This document shows positions 43,659 to 53,066 of a stretch of 64,000 nt of DNA, piece by piece (the first letter of the stretch is position 1; each line of letters opens with the position of its first letter). The DNA comes from an uncultured Collinsella sp. (GTDB lineage Bacteria > Actinomycetota > Coriobacteriia > Coriobacteriales > Coriobacteriaceae). The stretch lies in assembly GCA_900541785.1 (NCBI GenBank), contig UQKY01000003.1, positions 7,462 to 71,461 on the forward strand. The letters run 5' to 3'. Under the pieces are notes generated by a model, which was not told where the DNA came from, did not search any database, and saw nothing but the letters and a program-made list of their open reading frames with translations. The translations under genes and the position numbers were made by a program.

Positions 43659-44036
43659 TCATGCTGCTCCGCATATACCGCTGTTCCCCGTACGATCGAT
43701 TGGCTTTTCGATCACGTCAAACTTGGCATCAAGTTCCCTCAGGAGCGATCTCACCCGCTGGGCACAATCATAATCGGCAAACGAGATGCTCAGCATGCGC
43801 GCGACCTGGTTGGAAGTCCCAACTCCGTAGAACTGCTCAAGCGCCACAAGCCCCTCGTGCGTCACAAAGGTCTCGACCACATGCGGCGACTCCTCAAAGC
43901 ACCATTGTGTCAACGGACCCTCACTCGTCTGCCGCACCACCAAACCACCCATACCGGATGGCTCACACGTAACTAGTAGGTGCTCCCCACCTTCATCGCT
44001 CTCAAACAAAACCACCCGATCATCAAACAGCTCCAT
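43659..44036 (-). CDS. Hypothetical protein (125 aa)
   Basis: ORF in the gap between tRNA-Arg and serS. Acidic, with no recognisable motifs. Confidence 0.35.
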   Translation of the reverse strand: MELFDDRVVLFESDEGGEHLLVTCEPSGMGGLVVRQTSEGPLTQWCFEESPHVVETFVTHEGLVALEQFYGVGTSNQVARMLSISFADYDCAQRVRSLLRELDAKFDVIEKPIDRTGNSGICGAA

Positions 44037-44163
44037 CGCGTCCCCTTTCTCTCGCTCTTATTTAGCAAAAGCATAGCAGGTAGATGGCTGTATACAGAAC
44101 AGTTGTTCGTGTGTTTTCTATTGAGTTGTCCGCACGGCATGGTATGGACCTGCGCACGAAATA

Positions 44164-44185
44164 GGGCGCCCCCGAAGGAGCGCCC
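44164..44185 (-). terminator. Terminator of serS
   Basis: gggcgctcc-ttcg-ggggcgccc hairpin on the minus strand, followed by a T-rich tract. Confidence 0.55.
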
Positions 44186-44209
44186 TTGCATATCCCCTAT
44201 GCAGCCAAC

Positions 44210-45493
44210 TTACGCGACCGGCTCGATCTTCTCGAGACCACCCATGTAAGGACGCAGGACCTCGGGAATCGTGATGGTGCCGTCGGCGTTCTGGTAGTTC
44301 TCCAGAATGGCGGCCATGGTGCGGCCGGCCGGCAGGCCGGAACCGTTGAGCGTGTGCAGGTAGCGCGAACCCTTGAAGTTCTCGGGGTCGCGGTACTTGA
44401 TGTTGGCGCGGCGGGCCTGGAAGTCGCCGCAGTTGGAGCAGGAGCTGATCTCCTTGTAGGCGTTGTAGCTCGGCAGCCAGACCTCGACGTCGTAGGTCTG
44501 ACGGGCAGAGAAGCCCAAGTCGCCGGTGCACAGGCTAATCACGCGATACGGAAGGCCCAGCTGCTGCAGCAGGTACTCGGCCTCGGCGGTCATGCTCTCG
44601 AGCTCCTCGTCGGACTCCTCCGGCTTAGCGAACTTGACCATCTCGACCTTGTCGAACTCGTGCTGACGGATGATGCCGCGGGTGTCGCGACCGGCGGAAC
44701 CGGCCTCCTCGCGGAAGCAGGGGGTGAAGGCGGTGTAGCGGCGCGGCAGGGTGTCGGCGTCGAGGACCTCGCCGGCGTGCAGGTTGGTGAGCACGACCTC
44801 GGCGGTGGGGATCAGGAAGTTGTCGCCCGAGACGTGGTAGGCGTCGTCCTCGAACTTGGGCAGCTGACCCGTGCCAAACATGGTCTGACGCTTGACGACG
44901 ATGGGCGGCCACCACTCCTTAAAACCACGGCTGGTGTGCGTATCGAGGAAGAAGTTGATGAGGGCGCGCTCCAGGCGGGCGCCGGCGCCACCGAGAACGG
45001 TAAAACGGCTGCCGGAGAGCTTGTTGCCGCGCTCGAAGTCGAGGATGTCCAGATCGGTGCCCAGATCCCAATGCGGCTTAAAGTCGAAGTCGAACTCGCG
45101 CGGGGTGCCCCAACGACGGCGCTCAATATTCTCGTCCTCGTCCTTGCCGTACGGCGTGGCCTCGCAAGGAATGTTGGGCAGGTGAGCCATGAAGTCGTAC
45201 TGCTCCTGCTCGAGAGCAGTACGGCGCTCGGCCAGACCGTCAATCTTCTCGTTGACGGCGCGCACGGCCTCCTTGGCGGCCTCGGCCTCGTCCTTCTTGC
45301 TCTCCTTCATCAGGGCGCCGATCTTCTTGGACTCGGCGTTGCGCGTAGCCTGGAGCTCCTCGACCTCGGTGATGACGGCACGGCGCTCGTCGTCGAGCTC
45401 AAAGAACTTCTCGCGATCCCAAGACGTCTGGCGGTTAGCCATGGCGACATCGATGGCATCGGGGTTCTCGCGAACAAACTTGATATCAAGCAT
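44210..45493 (-). CDS. serS: Seryl-tRNA synthetase
   Basis: N-terminal coiled-coil [21 protein letters not shown]..., then class II core motifs ...[22 protein letters not shown]... and ...[18 protein letters not shown]. Confidence 0.9.
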   Translation of the reverse strand: MLDIKFVRENPDAIDVAMANRQTSWDREKFFELDDERRAVITEVEELQATRNAESKKIGALMKESKKDEAEAAKEAVRAVNEKIDGLAERRTALEQEQYDFMAHLPNIPCEATPYGKDEDENIERRRWGTPREFDFDFKPHWDLGTDLDILDFERGNKLSGSRFTVLGGAGARLERALINFFLDTHTSRGFKEWWPPIVVKRQTMFGTGQLPKFEDDAYHVSGDNFLIPTAEVVLTNLHAGEVLDADTLPRRYTAFTPCFREEAGSAGRDTRGIIRQHEFDKVEMVKFAKPEESDEELESMTAEAEYLLQQLGLPYRVISLCTGDLGFSARQTYDVEVWLPSYNAYKEISSCSNCGDFQARRANIKYRDPENFKGSRYLHTLNGSGLPAGRTMAAILENYQNADGTITIPEVLRPYMGGLEKIEPVA

Positions 45494-45602
45494 TAGATCC
45501 TCCGGCGATATACATTCCATTTAGGTTGCAACCTTGTACATGTATGGGCAAGTATATACTTATGAGCGTTTACGACCCAACTCAACTACGCAAGAAGGCA
45601 CC

Positions 45603-45779
45603 CAATGGACGCAGTTTTTTCCTTTTTGTTTGGCACCCGCACCGGTTTTGCCATCCTTTTCGCCGGCGGCATCCTGTTATTTGCGATTCTTGCCTTTGTA
45701 ATGGAGAAGCGTACCCATAAGATGTACGTCGACCGCGGACCCAAGTCCGAGGATGAGGAAGACAGCTTCTGGGACTAAC
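45603..45779 (+). CDS. Small predicted membrane protein (58 aa)
   Basis: Translation MDAVFSFLFGTRTGFAILFAGGILLFAILAFVMEKRTHKMYVDRGPKSEDEEDSFWD: one TM helix plus an acidic tail. Shine-Dalgarno AAGAAGG upstream. Followed by a strong bidirectional terminator agcgccccgcaactgg...ccagttgcggggcgct. Confidence 0.3.
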
Positions 45780-45937
45780 CTGCCAAAAAGGGACAGGTTT
45801 ATTTTGGTCTGTTTTATCTGGGCAAACGCAAGCGCCCCGCAACTGGAATTGAGCCAGTTGCGGGGCGCTTTTCGCTAAAAGGACAAAACCGCAGAAAACA
45901 CCTGCCAAAAATAAACCCGTCCTTTTTTTGGTCGGTT

Positions 45938-46708
45938 TTACTGGAGAGTTGCGTCGATTGCCTTGACCAGGGCGCTGCGCATGCCAGCGTCCTCGAGCGC
46001 AACGACGCCCTTGATGGTGGCACCACCGGGCGAGCATACGGCATCCTTCATCGCCGCAGGATGCTGGCCAGTTGCAAGCTGCAGCTTTGCCGTACCTAGC
46101 ACCATCTGGCTCACAATGCGATAGGCATCGGCACGCGGGATACCGTGCTTGACCGCCGCATCGCCCAGGGCCTCGATTGCCATGGCGACAAATGCCGGAG
46201 CGCAACCACCCACCGTGCCGCCCACAAACAGCAGGCTCGTATCGAGCTCGACCACCGCACCGAGTTTGCCAAGCAGATCAAGCACCACGGCGCTCTGCTC
46301 ATCACTAAGCGTGGAAGCCTTCTCGCAAGCGATGACGCCCTCGCCCACCGAAACCGGTGTGTTGGGCACCGTCGAGATATGCGCGACGCCCGGCAGGACC
46401 TGCTCCCACTTGGCACTGTCCCAGGTCCAGGCAACCGACAGAACGACCTTTTTGGCAAGAGCATCCTTGAGCGGGGCGAATACCTTCTCGATCATGTACG
46501 GTTTGACCGCAGCGACCACGATATCGGATGCGGCGACAACCTCGGCGGCATCGTGGCAGGCGACCATGCCGCGCGCCTCGCAGCGCTCAACCAGTGCGTC
46601 GTAGCGACCCGCGCAGGCGCACATGTCGCTCGCAGCTACACCGGCAGCGATCCAGCCATCGGCCATAGCGCTCGCCATATTGCCAAAACCGACAAATCCA
46701 ATCTTCAT
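45938..46708 (-). CDS. proC: Pyrroline-5-carboxylate reductase
   Basis: MKIGFVGFGNMASAMADG is the NADP-binding Rossmann motif, and the C-terminal ProC dimerisation domain ...SPGGATIKGV... is present. Confidence 0.85.
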   Translation of the reverse strand: MKIGFVGFGNMASAMADGWIAAGVAASDMCACAGRYDALVERCEARGMVACHDAAEVVAASDIVVAAVKPYMIEKVFAPLKDALAKKVVLSVAWTWDSAKWEQVLPGVAHISTVPNTPVSVGEGVIACEKASTLSDEQSAVVLDLLGKLGAVVELDTSLLFVGGTVGGCAPAFVAMAIEALGDAAVKHGIPRADAYRIVSQMVLGTAKLQLATGQHPAAMKDAVCSPGGATIKGVVALEDAGMRSALVKAIDATLQ

Positions 46709-46781
46709 ATCTCATAGTCCTCTCAGACACGCTCTTCAAAACGAAAGCTATTGTCCCACGCCATTGTTTCGTATTGCCGAC

Positions 46782-47252
46782 CTATTTGTGATACGGCTCG
46801 CCACGGCTGATCTTGCAGGCGCGGTAGATTTGCTCCAGCAGCACCACGCGCGCCAAGTTATGCGGCAAGGTAATGCGTCCAAAGCTGAGCATCTCGTCGG
46901 CGCGGGCGCGCACCTCATCGCTCACGCCGTCCGAACCGCCAATCACAAAGGCGATGTCGCTGCTGCCTCGCAGCATAAGATCGTCGAGCCTCGCCGAGAG
47001 CTCCTCACTCGAACGCTCCTTGCCCTCGATAGCCAGCAGGATCACATGCGCTCGAGACGGCAATGCAGCAAGAATTGCCGCCCCCTCCTTGTCGCGCGCG
47101 GCATCCACGCCGCCCGCCTTAGCCGGGTCGATATCGGCCACCTCGCGGATATCCACCTTGGCATAGGCGCCTAGGCGCTTGGTGTACTCAGCGCACGCGT
47201 CCTTCCAAAAGCGCCCCTTGAGCTTACCGACGCAAACGACGGTGTATTTCAC
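46782..47252 (-). CDS. rlmH: 23S rRNA (pseudouridine1915-N3)-methyltransferase RlmH
   Basis: 156 aa SPOUT fold; ...KLKGRFWKDACAEYTKRLGAYAKVDIREV... and ...AFVIGGSDGVSDEV... Confidence 0.85.
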   Translation of the reverse strand: MKYTVVCVGKLKGRFWKDACAEYTKRLGAYAKVDIREVADIDPAKAGGVDAARDKEGAAILAALPSRAHVILLAIEGKERSSEELSARLDDLMLRGSSDIAFVIGGSDGVSDEVRARADEMLSFGRITLPHNLARVVLLEQIYRACKISRGEPYHK

Positions 47253-47258
47253 GCGCGT

Positions 47259-48218
47259 CTACTCCTTCGAATCGTTTTGAACTTTGCCGGCGGTCAGCAT
47301 CTGCTCGAACATAGAGGCCGACTGCGAGAAGTCGCTCGGCAGCACGACCGTCGAGGTTTTACCCGTGCGAGCAAACTCCGTCATCATCTCGGACCACTGC
47401 GTAAACATGAACAGTTGGTTGGCCTCGTCATTGCCGACACCCGTCTCCTGGATGATCTCGAGCGAATCTTTGATACCCAGTGCGATGGCCTTGCGCTGGT
47501 TGGCGATGCCCTCGCCCGCCTTTTCCATAGCCTCGGCCTCGGCGGTCGCCTCGGTGACGCGCTTGATGCGGTCGGCCTCGGCGAGCTCCTGTGCCGCAGC
47601 GCGCTTGCGCTGGGCGGCGTTGATGTCGTTCATGGAGTTCTCGACCTCGGTCGGCAGTGCGATTTTGGTGATGAGCGTCGACACGAGGGTGAAGCCGTAG
47701 GCGGCCATCTGCTCGGAAACGGTAGCGTTGACATCCTTGGCGATGTCATCCTTCTTGGCAAAGACCTCGTCGAGTGTGTAGACGGGAATCGAAGAGCGCA
47801 GGGCGTCGGTGATGAAGTCACGCATCTGGTCGACGGGCTCCTGCAGCATGTAGTAGCTCTTGTAGATACCCGAATCTGCCGGGCCGGCGCCCATGTCATA
47901 GCTCACGTGGTACTGAGCAGAGACCTCAAGGCCGATGGTCACGTTGTCCTGGGTCTTAACGTCGATGCCAAAACCGTTTTTCATGGTGCGCAGACTCACC
48001 GTGGCGGCTTTGCGGTCAATCACGGGCACCTTCATGTGGAAGCCCGCGTTGACGATGCGGTTAAACTTGCCCAGACGCTCGATGATCACGGCATGCTGCT
48101 GTTCAACGACATAGCAGGCGTTGGGAAGCAGTAACAACAAAATGATGATGGGAATCAAAAGGCTGGTAAGGGCGGCGATGATACCGGACAACAGCATGGT
48201 CTCTCCTCTGATAGGCAC
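47259..48218 (-). CDS. SPFH/band-7 (stomatin/flotillin-like) membrane protein
   Basis: N-terminal TM followed by an SPFH domain ...VVEQQHAVIIERLGKFNRIVNAGFHMKVPVIDR... and a C-terminal coiled-coil. Confidence 0.8.
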   Translation of the reverse strand: MPIRGETMLLSGIIAALTSLLIPIIILLLLLPNACYVVEQQHAVIIERLGKFNRIVNAGFHMKVPVIDRKAATVSLRTMKNGFGIDVKTQDNVTIGLEVSAQYHVSYDMGAGPADSGIYKSYYMLQEPVDQMRDFITDALRSSIPVYTLDEVFAKKDDIAKDVNATVSEQMAAYGFTLVSTLITKIALPTEVENSMNDINAAQRKRAAAQELAEADRIKRVTEATAEAEAMEKAGEGIANQRKAIALGIKDSLEIIQETGVGNDEANQLFMFTQWSEMMTEFARTGKTSTVVLPSDFSQSASMFEQMLTAGKVQNDSKE

Positions 48219-48268
48219 ACGTTGGCACTAGGATACCCGCACGAAGCAGCAACGTGACATCAACAAGA

Positions 48269-48337
48269 GGCCCATAACAAAAAGCTCCCATTGCTGGGAG
48301 CTCTTTCAATCAATGGTGCGGGCGAAAGGACGTCCGC
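48269..48337. repeat. Partial duplicate of the tRNA-Leu 3' end plus its terminator
   Basis: ggcccataacaaaaagctcccattgctgggagctctttcaatcaatggtgcgggcgaaaggac is about 94% identical to 48455-48520, which holds the real tRNA-Leu 3' end and terminator. Confidence 0.7.
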
Positions 48338-48462
48338 GTATCCGCTTCGCGGATCCGCACCGGCTTCGGCCGCCTGCCGGCGTCCTCGCCAGCTCGCTAA
48401 AAACGCTCCGCGTTTTCTTTACGCTCGCTCCTTCACAGGTTCAAGTCCCTGTGATGGGCCCA

Positions 48463-48500
48463 TAACAAAAAAGCTCCCATTGCTGGGAGCTCTTTCATTT
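48463..48500 (-). terminator. Terminator of tRNA-Leu
   Basis: gagctcccagcaatgggagc hairpin followed by T6 on the minus strand. Confidence 0.6.
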
Positions 48501-48503
48501 AAT

Positions 48504-48589
48504 GGTGCGGGCGAAAGGACTTGAACCTTCATGGGGTTGCCCCCATACGGACCTGAACCGTACGCGTCTGCCAATTCCGCCACGCCCGC
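48504..48589 (-). tRNA. tRNA-Leu (anticodon CAG)
   Basis: Reverse complement GCGGGCGTGGCGGAATTGGCAGACGCGTACGGTTCAGGTCCGTATGGGGGCAACCCCATGAAGGTTCAAGTCCTTTCGCCCGCACCA: long variable arm, anticodon loop TTCAGGT, encoded CCA. Confidence 0.85.
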
Positions 48590-48632
48590 GTGCAGGAATT
48601 AGAATAACGGAGCGCCACCACGAACGCAAGAA

Positions 48633-49550
48633 CTATTTTTGAAAAAGTTTGCAGGCATTCTCCCAAGCGGCTTGCACGATTGTTTCGGCGTCCTCACCCG
48701 TGCGATCAACACGGTCGTTGACCAGCGTGTTTGCCGTAATGGAGATCATTGCGGGCTCGCATTCAAGACCGCGGATGGGCTCCGGAGCCATATACGGGCA
48801 ATCCGTCTCGAACAAAATTCGATCGAGTGGAGTTGCCGCAAATGCCTCGCGCACATCGTCGTTGCGCTTAAAGGTGGCCGCACCGCCATAGGCGATATAG
48901 CAGCCCAAATCCACAAAGCGCTCCATCGTGGCGCGGTCCTCGCCAAAACAGTGCAGCACACAACCAGCCTGGGGCACACCCACCTCGCGCAGTACGTTGT
49001 ACGCATCAACGTGCGAGGTGCGCTCCCCATCCGAGTCCTCGTGACGCAGGTGCAGCTCCACCGGCACATTGCGGCGCACGGCAAGCTCGAGCTGGCGCGC
49101 CATGCAATCAATCTGCACGTTATGGGGTGCCGGCGCGATATCGTCGTCATAGTCCATGTGGTAGTCCAGGCCGATTTCGCCAATACCGGCGCATAAGGGG
49201 TCATCAAGTGCCGCAACGACCTGTGCATGAACGTCGTCGGTATAGTCCGGCGCGCCATACGGATGCACGCCGGCAAGATACTTGATCTGCGGGATATCCT
49301 GCATCGGAAGAATCTCGCGCACCAGCCAGTCGCTATAGTCCGCCACGCTGCGCTTGTCAGCAATGGGGTCGAACATCGTCACCAACAGGTCGACGCCCGC
49401 GGCTTTGGCGCGCACGAGCGTCTCGGGCACATCCTTGCCCCAAAACGAAAGCAGATGTGCATGCGTGTCGGCAAGCGGCGCCAAGGGCACGGGACAAGCA
49501 ACCGTCTTCTTTTTCTTGGTAAACGTCACGCGTTCGGCATTAGGCGTCAT
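48633..49550 (-). CDS. TatD-family metal-dependent hydrolase
   Basis: ...LADTHAHL... metal-binding start and a TIM-barrel; typical metG-tatD-ksgA neighbourhood. Confidence 0.8.
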   Translation of the reverse strand: MTPNAERVTFTKKKKTVACPVPLAPLADTHAHLLSFWGKDVPETLVRAKAAGVDLLVTMFDPIADKRSVADYSDWLVREILPMQDIPQIKYLAGVHPYGAPDYTDDVHAQVVAALDDPLCAGIGEIGLDYHMDYDDDIAPAPHNVQIDCMARQLELAVRRNVPVELHLRHEDSDGERTSHVDAYNVLREVGVPQAGCVLHCFGEDRATMERFVDLGCYIAYGGAATFKRNDDVREAFAATPLDRILFETDCPYMAPEPIRGLECEPAMISITANTLVNDRVDRTGEDAETIVQAAWENACKLFQK

Positions 49551-50400
49551 GGATTAGCTCCCGGGCCAGACGGACAAAGTCGGCAACATCGAGCGTCTCG
49601 GCGCGCGTGGTGGGTGCGATACCGCAAACCTCAAAAGCGGCATCGAGCACGTCCTTGGCAAAACCGTTGGCACTCATGGAATTGCGGATGGTCTTGCGAC
49701 GCTGAGCAAATGCAGCATCAATCACGCGGGCCACAAATTCGCGATCGAGTCCTTCGGGCACCACGCCGTCAACACGGTCGATACGCACGACGGCCGAGTC
49801 CACGTGCGGCGCCGGCATAAAGCAACGCGGCGGCACCTCAAAGCGACCCGTCACCTGCGCGTACAGGCCGAGCTTTGCCGTATAGCCGCCATAGGTCTTG
49901 TTGCCCGGCGCTGCGGCAATGCGATCGGCAACCTCCTTTTGCACCATGACGACGGCACGCTTGAGCGCCGGCATCGTCTGGAAAAATTGCAAAATGATCG
50001 TCGCCGCCACGTTATAGGGCAGGTTCGCGACAAATACCGTGGGCTCGCCGCCGGCAGCCTGCTCAATCTGCTCCGGGCCCACCTTAAGCGCGTCGCCCAT
50101 GATAAAGTGGAAGTTGGCGTAGTCGGCGGCGTGAGCATCGAGCACCGGCTCGAGCTCGGGATCTGCCTCAATCGACGTGACGCACGCCGCTTCCTGCAGC
50201 AACGCAAGTGTCAACGTACCGCAACCCGGACCCACCTCGAGTACGCGCTCGTCACCTGCAAGCTCGGAAAGCTCGCAGATACGCTCGATCACATGATTGT
50301 CGATTAGAAAGTTCTGGCCCAGGCGATGCTTAGTCGCAAGGCCAAACTCCTCTAGCAGCTCCCTGGTGGCCGTGGGGTTTGCCAAAGGCGAAGTTGTCAT
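49540..50400 (-). CDS. rsmA: 16S rRNA (adenine1518/1519-N6)-dimethyltransferase
   Basis: ...HRLGQNFLIDNHVIERI...VLEVGPGCGTLTLAL... SAM-binding motif. Confidence 0.9.
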   Translation of the reverse strand: MTTSPLANPTATRELLEEFGLATKHRLGQNFLIDNHVIERICELSELAGDERVLEVGPGCGTLTLALLQEAACVTSIEADPELEPVLDAHAADYANFHFIMGDALKVGPEQIEQAAGGEPTVFVANLPYNVAATIILQFFQTMPALKRAVVMVQKEVADRIAAAPGNKTYGGYTAKLGLYAQVTGRFEVPPRCFMPAPHVDSAVVRIDRVDGVVPEGLDREFVARVIDAAFAQRRKTIRNSMSANGFAKDVLDAAFEVCGIAPTTRAETLDVADFVRLARELIHDA

Positions 50401-50510
50401 GGTTGCCTCCTTAGCATGATGGCGGCGTCTTGAAACAAAAGGGCATGGACCGTGGCGGCCATGCCCTTACAGCTAAACAGCAAATTGCCGATATGGCGCT
50501 CGCGCGGTCT

Positions 50511-52112
50511 CTACGCCAGACGCGGGAACAGCGGATCGCCCTTCTCGACGGGCTGACCACCAGCAAGCAGGCCCCAAGCGCAAATGCCCTTGAGGTCGTC
50601 GCTCGCGGCCTCGTCCTCGCAGGACAGGCGGCGCAGAGCCTCGGCAGAAGTCTGGGGCATGAGCGGCATCAGCAGGTGAGCGGCAATGCGGATGGCCTCG
50701 AGCAGGTTGTAGATCACAAACGCCAGCTCGTCAGCCTTGGCCTCGTCCTTGGCAAGTGCCCAAGGCTCGGAGTCCTCGATGTAGTGGTTGGCGGCGTGGA
50801 TGAGCTCCATGACCTCGTCCTTGGCTCCACCGTAATCGAGCACGTCCATCTTGGCCATGTAGCGCTCGACCAAACCGTCGGCAATCTTTGCCAGCGGGTT
50901 ATCGAACGCATCGAACGATGCGGGCTTGGCGGGCGCGCAACCGTCAAAATACTTGCCGCTCATGTTGAGCGAACGCGAGATGAGGTTGCCCCAGCTGTTG
51001 GCCAGGTCGGCGTTGTAGACCTGCTCCATGCGGTCGAAGCTGATGGCACCGTCAGTGCCAGGGACGACGTCGGTCATAAAGTAGTAGCGATAGCCCTCGA
51101 CGCCCAGCATGTCGATAACGTCCTGCGGAGCGATGGCGTTGCCGCGGCTCTTGGACATCTTCTCGGCCTTGCCGGTCTCGGCATTGCGCACGGTCAGGAA
51201 GCCGTGGGCAAAGACGTGCTCGGGCAGGGCCTCGCCGATGGCCATGAGCATGGCGGGCCAAATGACGCAGTGGAAGCGGATGATGTCCTTACCCACGATG
51301 TGGAACTGCGCGGGCCAGCGATAGGCCAGCTCGGCACGCGCCTCGTCGGTGTCGACACCGTAGCCGACGGCCGTCATATAGTTGAGCAGCGCATCGAACC
51401 ACACGTAGGTCACGTGGCCCTCGTCAAACGGGACCTGAATGCCCCAGTCAAAGCTCGTGCGGCTCACGGAAAGGTCGTTAAGGCCGCCCTCGACAAAGCT
51501 GCGCACCTCGTTCATGCGGAACGCAGGCTCGACAAAGTCGGGGTGCTCGTCGTAAAGCTTGAGCAGCTTGTCCTGGAAGGCGGAAAGCTTAAAGAAGTAG
51601 GACTCCTCCTGCACGCGCTCAAGCGGACGGTGGCAGTCGGGGCACAGGTGCTGGCCGACGCTACCGTACTCCTCGTCGCCCTTCTGGACCTGCGTATCGG
51701 TGAAGTAGGTCTCGTCAGGCACGCAATACCAGCCGTCGTAGCTGCCCTTATACAGGTAACCGGACTCCTTCATGCGCTCCCACAGGTACTGCACGGCATG
51801 ATGCTGGCGCGGCTCGGTGGTGCGGATGAAGTCATCGTTGGAAATCTCGAGCTTGCTCCAAAGCTCCTTGAAGTGCGGAGCCTGGCTGTCGGTCCACTCC
51901 TGCGGCGTCATGCCATGCTTGGCTGCGGCCTCGGCGACCTTCTCGCCGTGCTCGTCCATGCCGGTCAGGAACTTAACGTTGTAGCCAGCGGAGCGGCGAT
52001 AGCGAGCCTGAACGTCGGCGATGATGGTGGAATAAGCCGTGCCCAGGTGCGGATCGGCGTTGACGTAGTAGATGGGCGTCGTGATAAAGAACGAAGGCTT
52101 GCTTTGATCCAT
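50511..52112 (-). CDS. metG: Methionyl-tRNA synthetase (short form without C-terminal tRNA-binding domain)
   Basis: HIGH-region PIYYVNADPHLGTAYSTI, KMSKS motif, a zinc knuckle CPDCHRP, and the anticodon-binding helical domain. Confidence 0.95.
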   Translation of the reverse strand: MDQSKPSFFITTPIYYVNADPHLGTAYSTIIADVQARYRRSAGYNVKFLTGMDEHGEKVAEAAAKHGMTPQEWTDSQAPHFKELWSKLEISNDDFIRTTEPRQHHAVQYLWERMKESGYLYKGSYDGWYCVPDETYFTDTQVQKGDEEYGSVGQHLCPDCHRPLERVQEESYFFKLSAFQDKLLKLYDEHPDFVEPAFRMNEVRSFVEGGLNDLSVSRTSFDWGIQVPFDEGHVTYVWFDALLNYMTAVGYGVDTDEARAELAYRWPAQFHIVGKDIIRFHCVIWPAMLMAIGEALPEHVFAHGFLTVRNAETGKAEKMSKSRGNAIAPQDVIDMLGVEGYRYYFMTDVVPGTDGAISFDRMEQVYNADLANSWGNLISRSLNMSGKYFDGCAPAKPASFDAFDNPLAKIADGLVERYMAKMDVLDYGGAKDEVMELIHAANHYIEDSEPWALAKDEAKADELAFVIYNLLEAIRIAAHLLMPLMPQTSAEALRRLSCEDEAASDDLKGICAWGLLAGGQPVEKGDPLFPRLA

Positions 52113-52181
52113 GGGGTTTGTCCTCCAGAAAAACGTTGCATACAGGGGATGATTCTAGCGCAAGGGCTGGATATCCTCCAT

Positions 52182-53060
52182 CTATTGCATATCGAGCACC
52201 ATGGCATAGACATCGCGCTTGCGGCGCGAATACTTCTGAGACAGGCGCTTGGCCACCGCAGAGGCGGGCTCCCCCTCCTCGAGCGCGGCGCGGATATCCT
52301 CGCGCAGGGCCTCGTCGGGATCCGCTGCCGCGGCGCCAACCGGTACGATGCCAGCCTCCTCGTCCTCACTCGGCGGCGCGATGACCAGCGCAATCTCGCC
52401 CTTTACCTCGCCGCGAGCACGCAGCTCCTCGGCGAGCTGGGCAGCGGGCCCGCGCAAGACCTCCTCGTGCAGCTTGGTGAGTTCGCGGCAGACGGCAACC
52501 TCACGCTGGGGAAAGACCTCCGCCACGGCCTCGAGCGTCGCCACGATGCGATGTGGAGACTCGTAGAAGATGAGCGCGCCGGGTACTACGGCAAGGCGCT
52601 GCAAACGGCGCACGCGGTCGCCGTGCTTTCGGTCCAAAAAGCCCTCGAAGAAAAAATGCTCGCAGGGAATGCCGGACGAAACGAGCGCCGTGACGCAAGC
52701 AGAGGGCCCGGGAATAACTTCTACGGGCACATCGGCCTCACGCGCTGCCTCGACCAGCACCTGGCCGGGGTCGGACACACTCGGCATGCCGGCGTCCGAG
52801 GCAAAGGCGAGGGTCTCCCCCGCCAGCAGGCGGTCGACCAGGCCGGCGGCGCGACTGGCGATCACATTCTCGTCGCAACGGACAAGCGGCTTGGAAATGC
52901 CCAGGTGCATCAGCAGCTTTGACGTCACACGCGTGTCTTCGCAGCAAATGGCATCGGCGGCGGCAAAGGCCTCGCCAACGCGCGGGGACAGGTCGCCCAG
53001 GTTGCCGATGGGCGTGCCGACCACATAGAGTTTGCCCGTATGGGCGCTGTTTTGCGTCAT
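52182..53060 (-). CDS. rsmI: 16S rRNA (cytidine1402-2'-O)-methyltransferase
   Basis: Tetrapyrrole-methylase-like fold. LYVVGTPIGNLGDLSPRVGEAFAAADAICCEDTR matches the RsmI N-terminus. Confidence 0.85.
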   Translation of the reverse strand: MTQNSAHTGKLYVVGTPIGNLGDLSPRVGEAFAAADAICCEDTRVTSKLLMHLGISKPLVRCDENVIASRAAGLVDRLLAGETLAFASDAGMPSVSDPGQVLVEAAREADVPVEVIPGPSACVTALVSSGIPCEHFFFEGFLDRKHGDRVRRLQRLAVVPGALIFYESPHRIVATLEAVAEVFPQREVAVCRELTKLHEEVLRGPAAQLAEELRARGEVKGEIALVIAPPSEDEEAGIVPVGAAAADPDEALREDIRAALEEGEPASAVAKRLSQKYSRRKRDVYAMVLDMQ

Positions 53061-53066
53061 ATCAAC

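Noticed and set aside
50430-52922. 830-aa plus-strand ORF
   Set aside because: Antisense to metG and rsmI.
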